Positions 1-9,825 are shown, counted from the stretch's first letter. The stretch: 64,000 nt of DNA from Candidatus Eiseniibacteriota bacterium (GCA_038231135.1 JBBRLX010000003.1:96001-160000), one strand, 5' to 3'. Translations and numbers: made by a program. Notes: a model not told the origin generated them from the sequence alone.

Positions 1-330
1 ACGCAGCAATTGTGGTTCGAACAGGGACTCCAGCTGCCGCGGGATGCGCGCGATCAATGGCGGGCTTGCCGGCCGATCCCCGTGCGCGAAGCCCGAATCG
101 GCGACCTGGTGTTCTTCGCGGCCCCGCGGCGCCCGCCTGGGCACGTGGGCCTGGTGCTCGGCGGGGGGTACTACGTACACGCCCGCGGCAGGGTGCTCGT
201 GGGCTCGATAGATTCATCTAATCCATTGTGCGATAAAGAGTTGCTATTTCAGTTACAGGGGTGCGGAGCACCCCCCGGTCGCCCCCGCTCGGGCCTCCCG
301 AAGGCCTCCCGGACCCCAGATTCGGCTTGA
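1..330 (+). CDS. NlpC/P60 (C40) peptidase, C-terminal part (5'-truncated by the window)
   Basis: LPRDARDQ, GDLVFF, GHVGLVLGGGYYVHA motifs typical of NlpC/P60; frame is open from base 1. Confidence 0.85.
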   Translation, partial: TQQLWFEQGLQLPRDARDQWRACRPIPVREARIGDLVFFAAPRRPPGHVGLVLGGGYYVHARGRVLVGSIDSSNPLCDKELLFQLQGCGAPPGRPRSGLPKASRTPDSA

Positions 331-356
331 CAAGGTTTCCGGGGCTTCCCTAAGTT
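327..356 (+). promoter_or_regulatory. candidate sigma70 promoter for the OMP gene
   Basis: TTGACA (327-332), 18-nt spacer, TAAGTT (351-356). Confidence 0.45.
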
Positions 357-591
357 CCCCCGGGCGTTTGCCAGGATCCTTCCCAATCGAGGTTTGGTCC
401 TGGCTTTTTATTGCGTGCTCCATTCCAGTCCAGCGTGACGGGAGTGGCACCTCGGCAACTGCAACGAATAATTCGGCTTGAAAGGAGGTGGGGCTCGGAA
501 GTATCCGCGTTGTAGGTTTCAGCCACGAACACGGTTGATGCTGCATCGTGGCCATCGCAGCTCTATCCCAAAGCCAAGGAGGCATCTCCAA

Positions 592-1899
592 ATGAGTTCT
601 CTTCGCAAGAGTATCGTTCTTGGTGCAATCCTGCTCGCGATCCCGGTTCTGGCGAATGCCCAGACCTCGCGCGTGGAAGGCATGTCGCTTCAGGGCGACT
701 ACATCAAGGACTACACAGGCATCTACACGTATGTGTCGGGCGTCTCGAACGTGGGCAACCTGGTGTACGGCGAACTCGGTACCGAGACCGGTATTCCGGG
801 TGCGGGCGGCAGTCAGTTCGACCGCAGCGTCGGCGCCGTGATCGGCAACCTGTGGGACGGCCGGTTCGGAACCTGGGCGATCCATCTGCGCTCGCTCACG
901 CCGGCTCTCGGCCAGGGCGACGTCGCCGGTCAGCCGAATCCGGGCTTCGGCGGTTTCGACCCGAATACGAACAGCAACGAGTCGTTCGACGTCATGTGGG
1001 GCCGCAAGATGGGCACCACGAGCTTCGGCCTGCGCCTCAACCGGTCGTACTTCAGGCTCGAGGATCAGCTCCCGGGCGTGACGACGACCCTCAAGTTCGA
1101 CGTGCCGACGGTGGGCGCGGGTGATCCGAATCTGGGTCGCAACGTGTTCGGTATCGGCGGCGGCGTCGGCTTCGAGATGAATCCAAACACCAATGTCGAG
1201 CTCGCGCTCCTCTACCAGGCGCGTGATTTCGAGAGCACGATCACGGGTGGCACGAGCCAGAAGGACGACAACTCGGCCAACTGGCTGGCATCCGGCCGCG
1301 CGATGTGGCAGTGGATGCCGAACGTGATGGTCGTGCCGGTCATCAAGTTCTACAGCTTCGACCTGTCCAACAAGTTCTCCCCCGCGGCGGGCGCGGCCAC
1401 GACGTTCAACAACACGTTGAACGGCTGGCAGGCCGGCATCGCGGGCAACTGGACGGTGGGCTCGAACGACCTGTTCGTGCTCGGCGCCACGTTCGCCCAG
1501 AACAAGCTGGAGCAGCAGTACGACATCCTCGGCGTGTCGGCGTTCTCGGGGGCCTCGGGCTTCCCGGTCGGCGATTCGCTCAAGGTCACGGAGACCCTCA
1601 CCCCGCAGGTGTTCGCCGCGCTCGAGACGCACGTGAACAACTGGCTGACGCTGCGTCTGGGTGCCAACAAGGGTGCATGGCAGAAGATCAAGCTCGAGGA
1701 TCTGGGCGCCGGCGGTCGGCACCTCGAGCTGAACCTGTCGTCGTTCAACATGAACATCGGCGCCGGCGTGAAGCTGGGAACGCTCCAGCTGGACGCCGTC
1801 GTGAACAACGAATTCCCGCAGACCCTGGGTGGCTGGTTCAGCAACATCCCCGGCGGTTTCGTGGCGTTCCCGAAGGTCACCGCGACGTACGCGTTCTGA
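592..1899 (+). CDS. outer-membrane beta-barrel protein (putative porin / major OMP)
   Basis: AAGGAGG RBS before ATG 592; signal peptide ending ANA; amphipathic beta-strands; C-terminal TYAF beta-signal. Confidence 0.8.
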   Translation: MSSLRKSIVLGAILLAIPVLANAQTSRVEGMSLQGDYIKDYTGIYTYVSGVSNVGNLVYGELGTETGIPGAGGSQFDRSVGAVIGNLWDGRFGTWAIHLRSLTPALGQGDVAGQPNPGFGGFDPNTNSNESFDVMWGRKMGTTSFGLRLNRSYFRLEDQLPGVTTTLKFDVPTVGAGDPNLGRNVFGIGGGVGFEMNPNTNVELALLYQARDFESTITGGTSQKDDNSANWLASGRAMWQWMPNVMVVPVIKFYSFDLSNKFSPAAGAATTFNNTLNGWQAGIAGNWTVGSNDLFVLGATFAQNKLEQQYDILGVSAFSGASGFPVGDSLKVTETLTPQVFAALETHVNNWLTLRLGANKGAWQKIKLEDLGAGGRHLELNLSSFNMNIGAGVKLGTLQLDAVVNNEFPQTLGGWFSNIPGGFVAFPKVTATYAF

Positions 1900-1922
1900 C
1901 CCGACAGGAACCCGGCTGCAGT

Positions 1923-1955
1923 CAGAGGGGCGCCTTCGGGCGCCCCTTTGTCGTT
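1923..1955 (+). terminator. intrinsic terminator
   Basis: CAGAGGGGCGCC-TTCG-GGCGCCCCTTTG hairpin 23 nt after the stop codon. Confidence 0.8.
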
Positions 1956-2210
1956 GGACCGCGGGCAGGCCGCCGGGGTCTCAAGGCGCTTTCCGTGCTC
2001 GAATCGATTTCCCAGTTTGGCAAGACTATTTCAGGATCGTTTGTACAATCCGCTGACCTTTCCCCCCATCGCGCGGCCTCCGACGGATTCCCGGCCGAGT
2101 CGCCGCCGACGCCGTAGCCCCTTGCGCTACCGATAATTCCGGGGTTTCCGTTCAACTCAAGATCGGGACATCCGCGCATATCCTTGCAACGCATTACCTT
2201 GCGCTTTGCG

Positions 2211-2226
2211 TGGTCCGTCCCTTGCA
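2211..2226 (+). promoter_or_regulatory. candidate sigma54 (-24/-12) promoter
   Basis: TGGTCCGTCCCTTGCA has the exact GG-N10-GC spacing. Confidence 0.3.
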
Positions 2227-2556
2227 TGCTCGCTGCGCGTTCGGCGGCACGAGACTTTGCAACGTCTCCGGCGGTCTGGCGTTCGACCGTCGCGTCGTAG
2301 CATGAAACATGAGACCGGGCTGGCCCATCCCCCGCCAGTTCGTATATGTTTCAAACGTGTAAACTGCCACCTGGATGTCAGGTCCCCCTGGGAGTCGCTT
2401 TCGGCCGTGGCGAACATCCTCAAGAGTTCGCGGTCGTTCGTCGCAGGCAACGCAGGGAAGCGCCGTTCGAAATCACCAGGTGTTTCGCGTGTCGATCCGG
2501 CATCTGCCGGCGGGTTTCGGGAGTCACCGGGGATTCATTGGAAAAGGAGATGGGAC

Positions 2557-5385
2557 ATGCATCGCATCGCGGTTAGGGCCGCAAGTCTCGTCACCGGGGG
2601 GCTGGTTGCGGTCCTGCTGGCCACCTCGCTGTGGGCGGGAACCACGGGCAAGCTGACGGGCAGGGTCGTCGACGAGAAAAAGCAGCCGCTCGTCGGGGTG
2701 AATGTCCGAATCGAAGGGCAGCGCCTCGGAGCGATCACCGATGCGAACGGCAACTTCGTCGTCATCGGTGTGCCGGCCGGCGTCTACCTCGTGCATGCCA
2801 ATCTGCTGGGGTTCGGGCCCTACGCCGCGGACAACGTCACCGTCACGTCGGATTTCACGACCACGCTCGACGTCACGCTCAAGACCGAGGCGATCCAGCA
2901 GCAGGAGGTGCACGTCGACGCGACGCGGCCGCTGCTGCAGCGCGACGCCACCGGCACCACTCGCGTGCTGTCCCAGTCCGACATCCAGAAGCTGCCCACG
3001 CGCGGCTATCGTGACGCGGCGGCCCAGCAGACGGGCGTCGTGAATTTCGGGCGCAACATCGACAACGAGGCCCAGAATTCGAACACCCTCATCATCCGCG
3101 GGGGCCGTCCCAACGAGACCGCCTACTTCGTGGACGGGTTCTCGCAGCAGGACCCGCTGACGGGCACGTCGAGCACTTCGATCAGCAACAGCGCGATCGA
3201 GGAGGTCGTGGTGCTCACCGGTGGCTTCAATGCCGAGTACGGCCGCATCATGTCGGGTGCCGTGAACGTCGTGACGCGGGAGGGTGGCCAGAAATACTTC
3301 GGCTCGCTCGAGGCGGTGTCCGACGCGCTGGCCGGCAACTGGATCCAGGCGGCGAAGACCGACTACAACATCTACGACCTGACGCTCGGCGGGCCGGTGA
3401 TCCCCGGCAACGACCGGCTGACGTTCTTCGTCTCCGGCGAGCGCCGCTGGCAGCGGGACCGGTCGCCGTCGTTCCTGCCGACCGCGTTCCGCCAGGAGCT
3501 GACCCAGCTCCACGCCGAGCAGGACATCAAGCCCGACAACACCTCGTCCGCCTATACGTTCCAGGGCAAGCTGGCGTACCAGATCAGCGACAAGGACCAG
3601 CTCAAGGTCGGCGGCCTGGGCTCCCAGGACGACTGGCGCCAGTTCTCGCAGTTCTACCTGCTCGATCCCACGCACGGACCGCGGTACACCGACCGGAACC
3701 AGTCGTTCTACTCGACGCTCAATCACGTGTTCAACAACCGCACGTTCGCGAACGTGGGGGTGAACTACTTCGAGACCGAGCGCAAGCGCGGCGACGCGAC
3801 GGCGTTCGACCGCCTGGGCGACTACTACGTGCCTGGCGGCAACTCGCTGTACGACCAGGACGTGCCGATCTTCTACCTGCCGACCCACGTCTGGGATGAC
3901 TATCTGCAGCGCAACTCGAATTACATCGGCGCCACCGGAACGGTGTCGTCGCAGTTGAACCAGTACCACCAGCTCAAGGTCGGCGCGGATTACCAGTACC
4001 ACACGCTCCGGCTGTTCGATCACTACTTCCCGACCCAGCTGGGCGGCGATAATCCGGACCTCAACAACTGGGACGGTTATGGTTACAAGATCGGCGTTGG
4101 CCCCGACGGCGCGTTCCGGCTGGAGAACGAGGACAGCGGACGCGACGGTCCGAAGCACCCGAAGGTGTGGTCGACCTACGTGCAGGACAAGTACGAGCGA
4201 TCGGGCGTGATCGTGAATGGCGGACTGCGCTACGACCATATCGACGTGAACACGCCGGCGCTCAAGAACGAGCGGTTCCCGCTCGGCGACCCGACCGATC
4301 CGAACAACAATCCGGACCTGCTCGAGGCCAATGACCTGATCCCCAACAAGACCTACGGCCGCATCTCGCCGCGGCTGGGTGTGGCGTTCCCGGTCGACGA
4401 GAAGACGATCATGCGGTTCAACTTCGGGCAGTTCTACCAGCAGCCGAACCTCCAGGACCTGTACGTGAACTACCGGTTCCTCGAGTACAAGGTGCGCACC
4501 GGCGGCTACTTCGTCGGGTTCGGCAATCCGAACCTGCGGCCGGAGCGGACGACCGCGTACGAGGCCGGCCTCCAGCGCCAGCTCGGCGACCAGGTGAAGC
4601 TCGACGTGACGGCCTACTACAAGGACGTGAAGGACCTCGTCGAGGTCACGAACGTCCCGTCGCATCCGAAGAGTTTCTCGTCGTTCCGCAACCGCGATTT
4701 CGCGACGATCCAGGGGCTAGACCTGGGACTGACGATGCGGCCGGTCAACCACATCTCGGCGAACCTCGCGTACAGCCTGTCGTTCGCGCAGGGCACGGGA
4801 TCGGTGTCGAACACGCAGCGCAACATCGCATGGGTGGGCACCGAGACTCCGAAGCAGACGTCGCCGCTCGACTTCGACCAGCGTCACAAGATCTCGATGA
4901 ACCTCGACTACCGGCTCGGCCGCGGCGAGGGCCCGGCGTTCAGCGGCCATCGCTGGCTGCAGGAGACGGGCATCAACGCGCTGCTCAACGTGTCGAGCGG
5001 CACGCCGTATACCCCGACCAAGGTCTTCAACGAGGTCACGCTGGCCGCGATCAGCCCGGAGCCGGTGGGTCCGGTGAACTCGCGGTACGGTCCCTGGAAC
5101 GTGACGCTCGATCTCAAGGCCTCGCGCGCGTTCACGGTGTCGAACCTGCACATGGAAGCGTTCGTGTGGGGACTCAACGTGTTCGACAACCGGAATCCCG
5201 TCACGGTCTACACCTCGACCGGCAATACGCTGTCGACCAACTGGCTCAACACCGATGAAGGCGAGGCGTTCATCCAGAACACCTCCGCCAAGAACGGCGG
5301 CGGACTGTACGAGCTCGCGACCAACAATCCGAACCTGTACTCGAATCCGCGGCTCGTTCGTTTCGGCCTGCGGACCAACTTCTAG
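2557..5385 (+). CDS. TonB-dependent receptor with N-terminal carboxypeptidase-regulatory-like domain
   Basis: AAAGGAGA RBS; signal peptide; GTTGKLTGRV domain; plug motifs IRGGRPNE and GGFNAEYG-SGAVNVVT; GNPNLRPERT; ends in F. Confidence 0.93.
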   Translation: MHRIAVRAASLVTGGLVAVLLATSLWAGTTGKLTGRVVDEKKQPLVGVNVRIEGQRLGAITDANGNFVVIGVPAGVYLVHANLLGFGPYAADNVTVTSDFTTTLDVTLKTEAIQQQEVHVDATRPLLQRDATGTTRVLSQSDIQKLPTRGYRDAAAQQTGVVNFGRNIDNEAQNSNTLIIRGGRPNETAYFVDGFSQQDPLTGTSSTSISNSAIEEVVVLTGGFNAEYGRIMSGAVNVVTREGGQKYFGSLEAVSDALAGNWIQAAKTDYNIYDLTLGGPVIPGNDRLTFFVSGERRWQRDRSPSFLPTAFRQELTQLHAEQDIKPDNTSSAYTFQGKLAYQISDKDQLKVGGLGSQDDWRQFSQFYLLDPTHGPRYTDRNQSFYSTLNHVFNNRTFANVGVNYFETERKRGDATAFDRLGDYYVPGGNSLYDQDVPIFYLPTHVWDDYLQRNSNYIGATGTVSSQLNQYHQLKVGADYQYHTLRLFDHYFPTQLGGDNPDLNNWDGYGYKIGVGPDGAFRLENEDSGRDGPKHPKVWSTYVQDKYERSGVIVNGGLRYDHIDVNTPALKNERFPLGDPTDPNNNPDLLEANDLIPNKTYGRISPRLGVAFPVDEKTIMRFNFGQFYQQPNLQDLYVNYRFLEYKVRTGGYFVGFGNPNLRPERTTAYEAGLQRQLGDQVKLDVTAYYKDVKDLVEVTNVPSHPKSFSSFRNRDFATIQGLDLGLTMRPVNHISANLAYSLSFAQGTGSVSNTQRNIAWVGTETPKQTSPLDFDQRHKISMNLDYRLGRGEGPAFSGHRWLQETGINALLNVSSGTPYTPTKVFNEVTLAAISPEPVGPVNSRYGPWNVTLDLKASRAFTVSNLHMEAFVWGLNVFDNRNPVTVYTSTGNTLSTNWLNTDEGEAFIQNTSAKNGGGLYELATNNPNLYSNPRLVRFGLRTNF

Positions 5386-5406
5386 TCCCAGCGCCAGGAG
5401 GCAGCC

Positions 5407-8400
5407 ATGAAGATTCGACTGTACGGTCTCGCGTTGTCGGCGGCGCTCGTCGCCGCGGGTGCCGCGGCGGCGCCGCCGCCCGGCACTTCGCCGGCGCGGA
5501 CCCACACCGCGCAAGCCGGGAAACCGCTGCCGGCCGCCGCCGGGAAACCGCTGCCGGCCCGAGGCCGGAAGCCGCTGTCGGCGCCCGCCCGCGCCGAGCG
5601 CGCGGACCGGGTGCAGGTGCTCAGCCAGGCGCGGCGCATCGACGTCAACAACATCAACATGTTCGTGACGAACTACGGCACGTTCGCGAACGACATCGAG
5701 AATCAGGGCAACGCCGGGCTGTTCTTCCCGAAGGGCACGATCAAGACCGCGGTGTACCAGTCCGGCATCTGGCTGGTGGGCAAGGTGGGCGGCCAGCTGC
5801 GCGCCGCGATCGCCGAATACAGCCAGGAGTTCGTGCCGGGGAAGATGGTCGGGACGACGTTCGACAACCCGTCGCGCCCGGAATACCAGGTGTACAAGGT
5901 GGCGCGCTTCGCCGGCAGCTCGTCCGACACGGATCACGTCGAGCGGGATGCGGGCGCGATCGCGCGCGATCGCACGCTCGATCCGATCGTGCACAACTCG
6001 TGGAGCGAGTACATGCAGGGCGCGGCGCCCTACGGCGCGCCAACGCGTGACTACCGGCTCCCGAATCCCAACGTGCCGGGCGACTCGGTGACGATCACGG
6101 GCCCGGACGTGAGTGGCGACCAGATGCTGTGGAGCGTCTACAACGACGCCGATCCGTCGGCGCACATCAACAACGCGGGCCGCACGGCGCCGCTCGGCGT
6201 CGAGATCCAGCAGACGACGTTCGGCTTCGACCGCCAGGGCGCGCTCGGCAACACGGTGTTCCTGCGCTACCAGATCACGAACCACAGCGGCGCGCCGATC
6301 GACAGCATGTACGTCCAGCTGTGGGCCGATCCCGACCTGGGCGGCGCGGGCGACGACCTCGTGGGCTGCGACACCACCCTGTCTCTGGGTTATTGCTACA
6401 ACTCGACGAACACCGACCAACTGTACGGCGACCGGCCGCCGGCCCTGGGCTACGACTTCTTCCAGGGCCCGCGGGTCGGAGCGAATATCCTGCCGCTGAC
6501 GTCGTTCGTGTTCTATCAGAACGGCACCGATCCCTCGAGCGTGCAGCAGACGTTCAACTACATGAAGGGCCTGCACTCGGACGGCACGCCGTTCCTCGAC
6601 CAGAACGACAATCCCACCAAGTTCTACGCCTGGGGCGATCCGGTGGCGGGCACCGGCTATCTCGACACGAACCCGTCGGACCGCCGCTTCATGCTGATCT
6701 CGGGACCGTTCACGCTGCCCGCCGATTCGACGCAGACCATCGTTGGCGCGATCGTGATCGCCCAGGGCGGCGACCGGCTGTCGTCGGTGACGGGGCTCAA
6801 GTTCTTCGACATCAAGGCGCAGGCCGCGTTCGACGTGAACTTCAACCTGCCGCCGCCGCCGCCACAGCCCAAGGCGACGTTCAGCACCACCCACGACGCC
6901 GTCAATCTGCTGTGGGATTCCGGGTCGCGGTTCAACTATTCCCCGACGTTCGGCTATCAGTTCGAGGGCTACAACGTGTATCAGGGCGCCTCGATCTCGG
7001 GCCCGTGGAAGCGGCTCAAGACGTTCGACCTGGTCGATAACATCAAGGACGTGCGCGACACCGTGTTCGACGTGAACACCGGTCTGCTGATCACCGACCA
7101 GCCCACCGCGTTCGGCGCCGACAACGGCGTGCAGTACTCGTTCAGCACGGACCAGGACGCGATCCGCGGCGGCCCGCTGCGGCAGGGTACGACGTATTAC
7201 TACGCCGTGACGGCCTATGCGGTGAACGAGTCGCCGCCCCGGCGCGGATTCGAGAAGGTGCTCGAGACGTCGTTCCAGCCGATCGTGGTGACGGTCCAGA
7301 AGACCGCATCGGGGACCGACGTGGCGGCGGCCCGGGTCTTCCAGGCCGTGGATCACCGGGCGAACAGCGGGATCCCCGCCACCACCGACCACGTGCTCGT
7401 GGATGTCGTCGATCCCGCCTCGATCACCGGTCACACCTATTCCATCAGCTTCACGAACCTGGCGGTGCCGGTGATCGATGGCACCGACACGCTCACGACG
7501 ACATGGTCGCTGCGCGATTCGACGACCGGCCAGGTCCTGATCGCGAACCAACTCGCGCGCACGAACAGTCCCGACTACGCCCCGGTCGACGGCATGAACG
7601 TGCGGCTGCTCGGCAGCCAGGCGGCGGATCCGCCCAACGATCCGCTGAACGACGTGTACTACACGCCGTTCCGGTCGGACATGCCGTTCGCGCTGACCGG
7701 CCCGTTTGGCCTCGGGTTCTTCGACGGCGGCTGGGACTACGCATTCAATTTCCTCGCCGGCATCGATCCCACGGTGAATCCCGAGGCGTTCCCGACCGTG
7801 GAACTGCGGTATGGAACGGGCCAGAAGGCATATCGCTATTACCGCGATGAGCTTGCCGACGGAACCCCGCCTGGCCCTCCTCCGGGCGATCGCGGATACA
7901 TCTATGGTGGCTTCGACAACATCCAGTGGTCAGCGTGGGACGTGGATCACAACCAACAGCTCGAGATCGGGTTCGTGGAGCGCCGTGTCACGGACGACAA
8001 TCATGTCCAGACGGGGCCTCAGCCGGCCACGCACGACGGCACGTGGAATCCCGACGGTTCGTCGCTGGGTGGCCGGGAGTACCTGGGAGTCAGCTTGCGG
8101 CCCTACACCGGCACCGCCGCTCCCGAGCTGGCGCAGGACGCGGCGATCGTCGGCGCCGACACGCTGTGGCTCTACAACGCGGCGCTGCGCCGGAACGGCT
8201 CGCCGCTGCCCGGCGACAAGTTCACGGTGCTCGCCGGCGGCAACCGCCACGCGACGACGAACGACACGCTGAACTTCGCGACCCAGGCGCCGGCGCACAA
8301 CGTGGTCGCGCTCCAGAAGGCCGGGCTCGAGAACATCCGGGTGGTGCCGAATCCGTACTACAGCCGCTCGACGTACGAGATCTCGTCGTTCAACAAGATC

Positions 8401-8643
8401 GTCAAGTTCATGAACATGCCCGAGACGGCCACCGTGCGGATCTACAACCTCGCGGGGCATCTCGTCCGTACGCTGCGGAAGGTCGACGCACAGAGCTCGA
8501 TCCTGGAATGGGACCTGGAGAACGAGAACCGGCTGCCGGTCGCGAGCGGCGTGTACGTCTATCACGTCGAAGTGCCGGGGGCGGGCAGCACGGTCGGGCG
8601 CATGGTCGTGTTCATGGAAAAGGAACGGCTGCAGAACTTCTAG
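5407..8643 (+). CDS. secreted protein with FN3-like domain and T9SS-type C-terminal sorting domain
   Basis: Signal peptide; FEGYNVY...TYYYAVTAY; C-terminal IRVVPNPY...TVRIYNLAGHLVRTL...WDL...VASGVYVYHV. Confidence 0.8.
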   Translation: MKIRLYGLALSAALVAAGAAAAPPPGTSPARTHTAQAGKPLPAAAGKPLPARGRKPLSAPARAERADRVQVLSQARRIDVNNINMFVTNYGTFANDIENQGNAGLFFPKGTIKTAVYQSGIWLVGKVGGQLRAAIAEYSQEFVPGKMVGTTFDNPSRPEYQVYKVARFAGSSSDTDHVERDAGAIARDRTLDPIVHNSWSEYMQGAAPYGAPTRDYRLPNPNVPGDSVTITGPDVSGDQMLWSVYNDADPSAHINNAGRTAPLGVEIQQTTFGFDRQGALGNTVFLRYQITNHSGAPIDSMYVQLWADPDLGGAGDDLVGCDTTLSLGYCYNSTNTDQLYGDRPPALGYDFFQGPRVGANILPLTSFVFYQNGTDPSSVQQTFNYMKGLHSDGTPFLDQNDNPTKFYAWGDPVAGTGYLDTNPSDRRFMLISGPFTLPADSTQTIVGAIVIAQGGDRLSSVTGLKFFDIKAQAAFDVNFNLPPPPPQPKATFSTTHDAVNLLWDSGSRFNYSPTFGYQFEGYNVYQGASISGPWKRLKTFDLVDNIKDVRDTVFDVNTGLLITDQPTAFGADNGVQYSFSTDQDAIRGGPLRQGTTYYYAVTAYAVNESPPRRGFEKVLETSFQPIVVTVQKTASGTDVAAARVFQAVDHRANSGIPATTDHVLVDVVDPASITGHTYSISFTNLAVPVIDGTDTLTTTWSLRDSTTGQVLIANQLARTNSPDYAPVDGMNVRLLGSQAADPPNDPLNDVYYTPFRSDMPFALTGPFGLGFFDGGWDYAFNFLAGIDPTVNPEAFPTVELRYGTGQKAYRYYRDELADGTPPGPPPGDRGYIYGGFDNIQWSAWDVDHNQQLEIGFVERRVTDDNHVQTGPQPATHDGTWNPDGSSLGGREYLGVSLRPYTGTAAPELAQDAAIVGADTLWLYNAALRRNGSPLPGDKFTVLAGGNRHATTNDTLNFATQAPAHNVVALQKAGLENIRVVPNPYYSRSTYEISSFNKIVKFMNMPETATVRIYNLAGHLVRTLRKVDAQSSILEWDLENENRLPVASGVYVYHVEVPGAGSTVGRMVVFMEKERLQNF
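5515..5586 (+). repeat. 24-nt tandem repeat x3 encoding GKPLPA-like units
   Basis: GCCGGGAAACCGCTGCCGGCC at 5515 and 5539; degenerate copy at 5563. Confidence 0.75.
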
Positions 8644-8655
8644 GAGGTCAGGACC

Positions 8656-9768
8656 ATGCATCGCATGATCGAACGATATCCAGTGAGGAGCGCCCGGCGG
8701 TTCGGGGCTCCCGTGCTGGCTCTGGCCGCCCTCGTCCTGTCCGCGGCGCTCGCGCAGGCGGGCTCGGACGGCCGCAAGGGGACGGCGGGAGCCACGGAGC
8801 TGCAGATTCCGGTGGGGCCGCGCGGCACCGCGCTGGGCGGTGCGGTGGCGAGCGACGTGACGGGCATCGAAGCCATGTACTGGAACCCGGCGGGTCTCGC
8901 GGCGACCACGTCCACGGAGGCGATGTTCTCCCACACCCAGTATTTTGCCGACATGAAGCTCAACTATGCGGGCATTGCGGCGAAGGCCGGCGGTCTCGGC
9001 ACACTGGGCTTCGCGGCCAAGGTGCTGTCGATCGGTGACATTGTCGTCACCACCGAGCAGGCCCCGGACGGCACCGGCGAAGTGCTGAGTCCGACGTTCA
9101 GCGTGCTCGGATTCACCTGGGCGCGGCAGTTCACGGACCGCGTCAACTTCGGCGCCACCGCGAACTACGTCAACGAGTCCATTTCGAACAACAGCGCGAG
9201 CGGTGTGGCGTTCGACTTCGGCGTCCAGTACGCGACCGGCTGGCAGGGGTTGCGGATCGGCATGGCGATGAAGAACGTCGGCACGTCGATGTCGTACTCG
9301 GGGCCGGGCTTCGAGATCCTCACGCGGGACCCGTCGTCCGATCCGAATGCCGGCAATCGCGGGCTGAGCTTCTCGTCGACATCGTTCAACATGCCGTCGT
9401 ACTTCACGCTGGCGTCGAGCGTGGACGTGCTGCGCTCGAGCGAGCAGTCGCTGGTCGCGCTCGGATCGTTCCAGAACAACAACTTCTCCGGCGACAACGT
9501 CCGGGGCGGCGTGGAATGGTCCTATCGCGACGCGTTCGCGCTGCGCGGGTCGTATTTCGGCACGTTCAACGGCACGACCGACCCGGCCACGGGGGAGGAG
9601 TCGTTCAAGCTCAGCGCGGGGGACGATCTGTACTCCGGATACGCCGTCGGCGCCGGGGCGAAGGCCCACTTCGGCGACGCCGGCCGCATCGGCATCGACT
9701 TCACCTGGCGCCCCGTCCGCCAACAGTTCGACGACATCATCGACCTGTCGGTGAAGCTCGACTTCTAA
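8656..9768 (+). CDS. PorV/PorQ-family (FadL-like) outer-membrane beta-barrel
   Basis: LQIPVGPRGTALGGA and MYWNPAGLA motifs; AFDFGVQY; C-terminal F; AGGAGG RBS. Confidence 0.85.
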   Translation: MHRMIERYPVRSARRFGAPVLALAALVLSAALAQAGSDGRKGTAGATELQIPVGPRGTALGGAVASDVTGIEAMYWNPAGLAATTSTEAMFSHTQYFADMKLNYAGIAAKAGGLGTLGFAAKVLSIGDIVVTTEQAPDGTGEVLSPTFSVLGFTWARQFTDRVNFGATANYVNESISNNSASGVAFDFGVQYATGWQGLRIGMAMKNVGTSMSYSGPGFEILTRDPSSDPNAGNRGLSFSSTSFNMPSYFTLASSVDVLRSSEQSLVALGSFQNNNFSGDNVRGGVEWSYRDAFALRGSYFGTFNGTTDPATGEESFKLSAGDDLYSGYAVGAGAKAHFGDAGRIGIDFTWRPVRQQFDDIIDLSVKLDF

Positions 9769-9785
9769 GCGCCGCGCCACCCACA

Positions 9786-9825
9786 AACGAATCGGCCCGC
9801 CAATCCACCGGCGGGCCGATTCGTT
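9786..9825. terminator. hairpin, probable bidirectional terminator between convergent genes
   Basis: Perfect 16-bp inverted repeat AACGAATCGGCCCGCC / GGCGGGCCGATTCGTT. Confidence 0.8.

Noticed and set aside
445..463. TGGCAC...CTGCA as a sigma54 promoter
   Set aside because: GG to GC spacing is not 10 nt
2206..2556. N-terminal extensions in the ORF track (TonB receptor; also 478, 15117, 39004, 50500)
   Set aside because: Downstream starts have a better RBS, or place signal peptides and conserved motifs at the N-terminus
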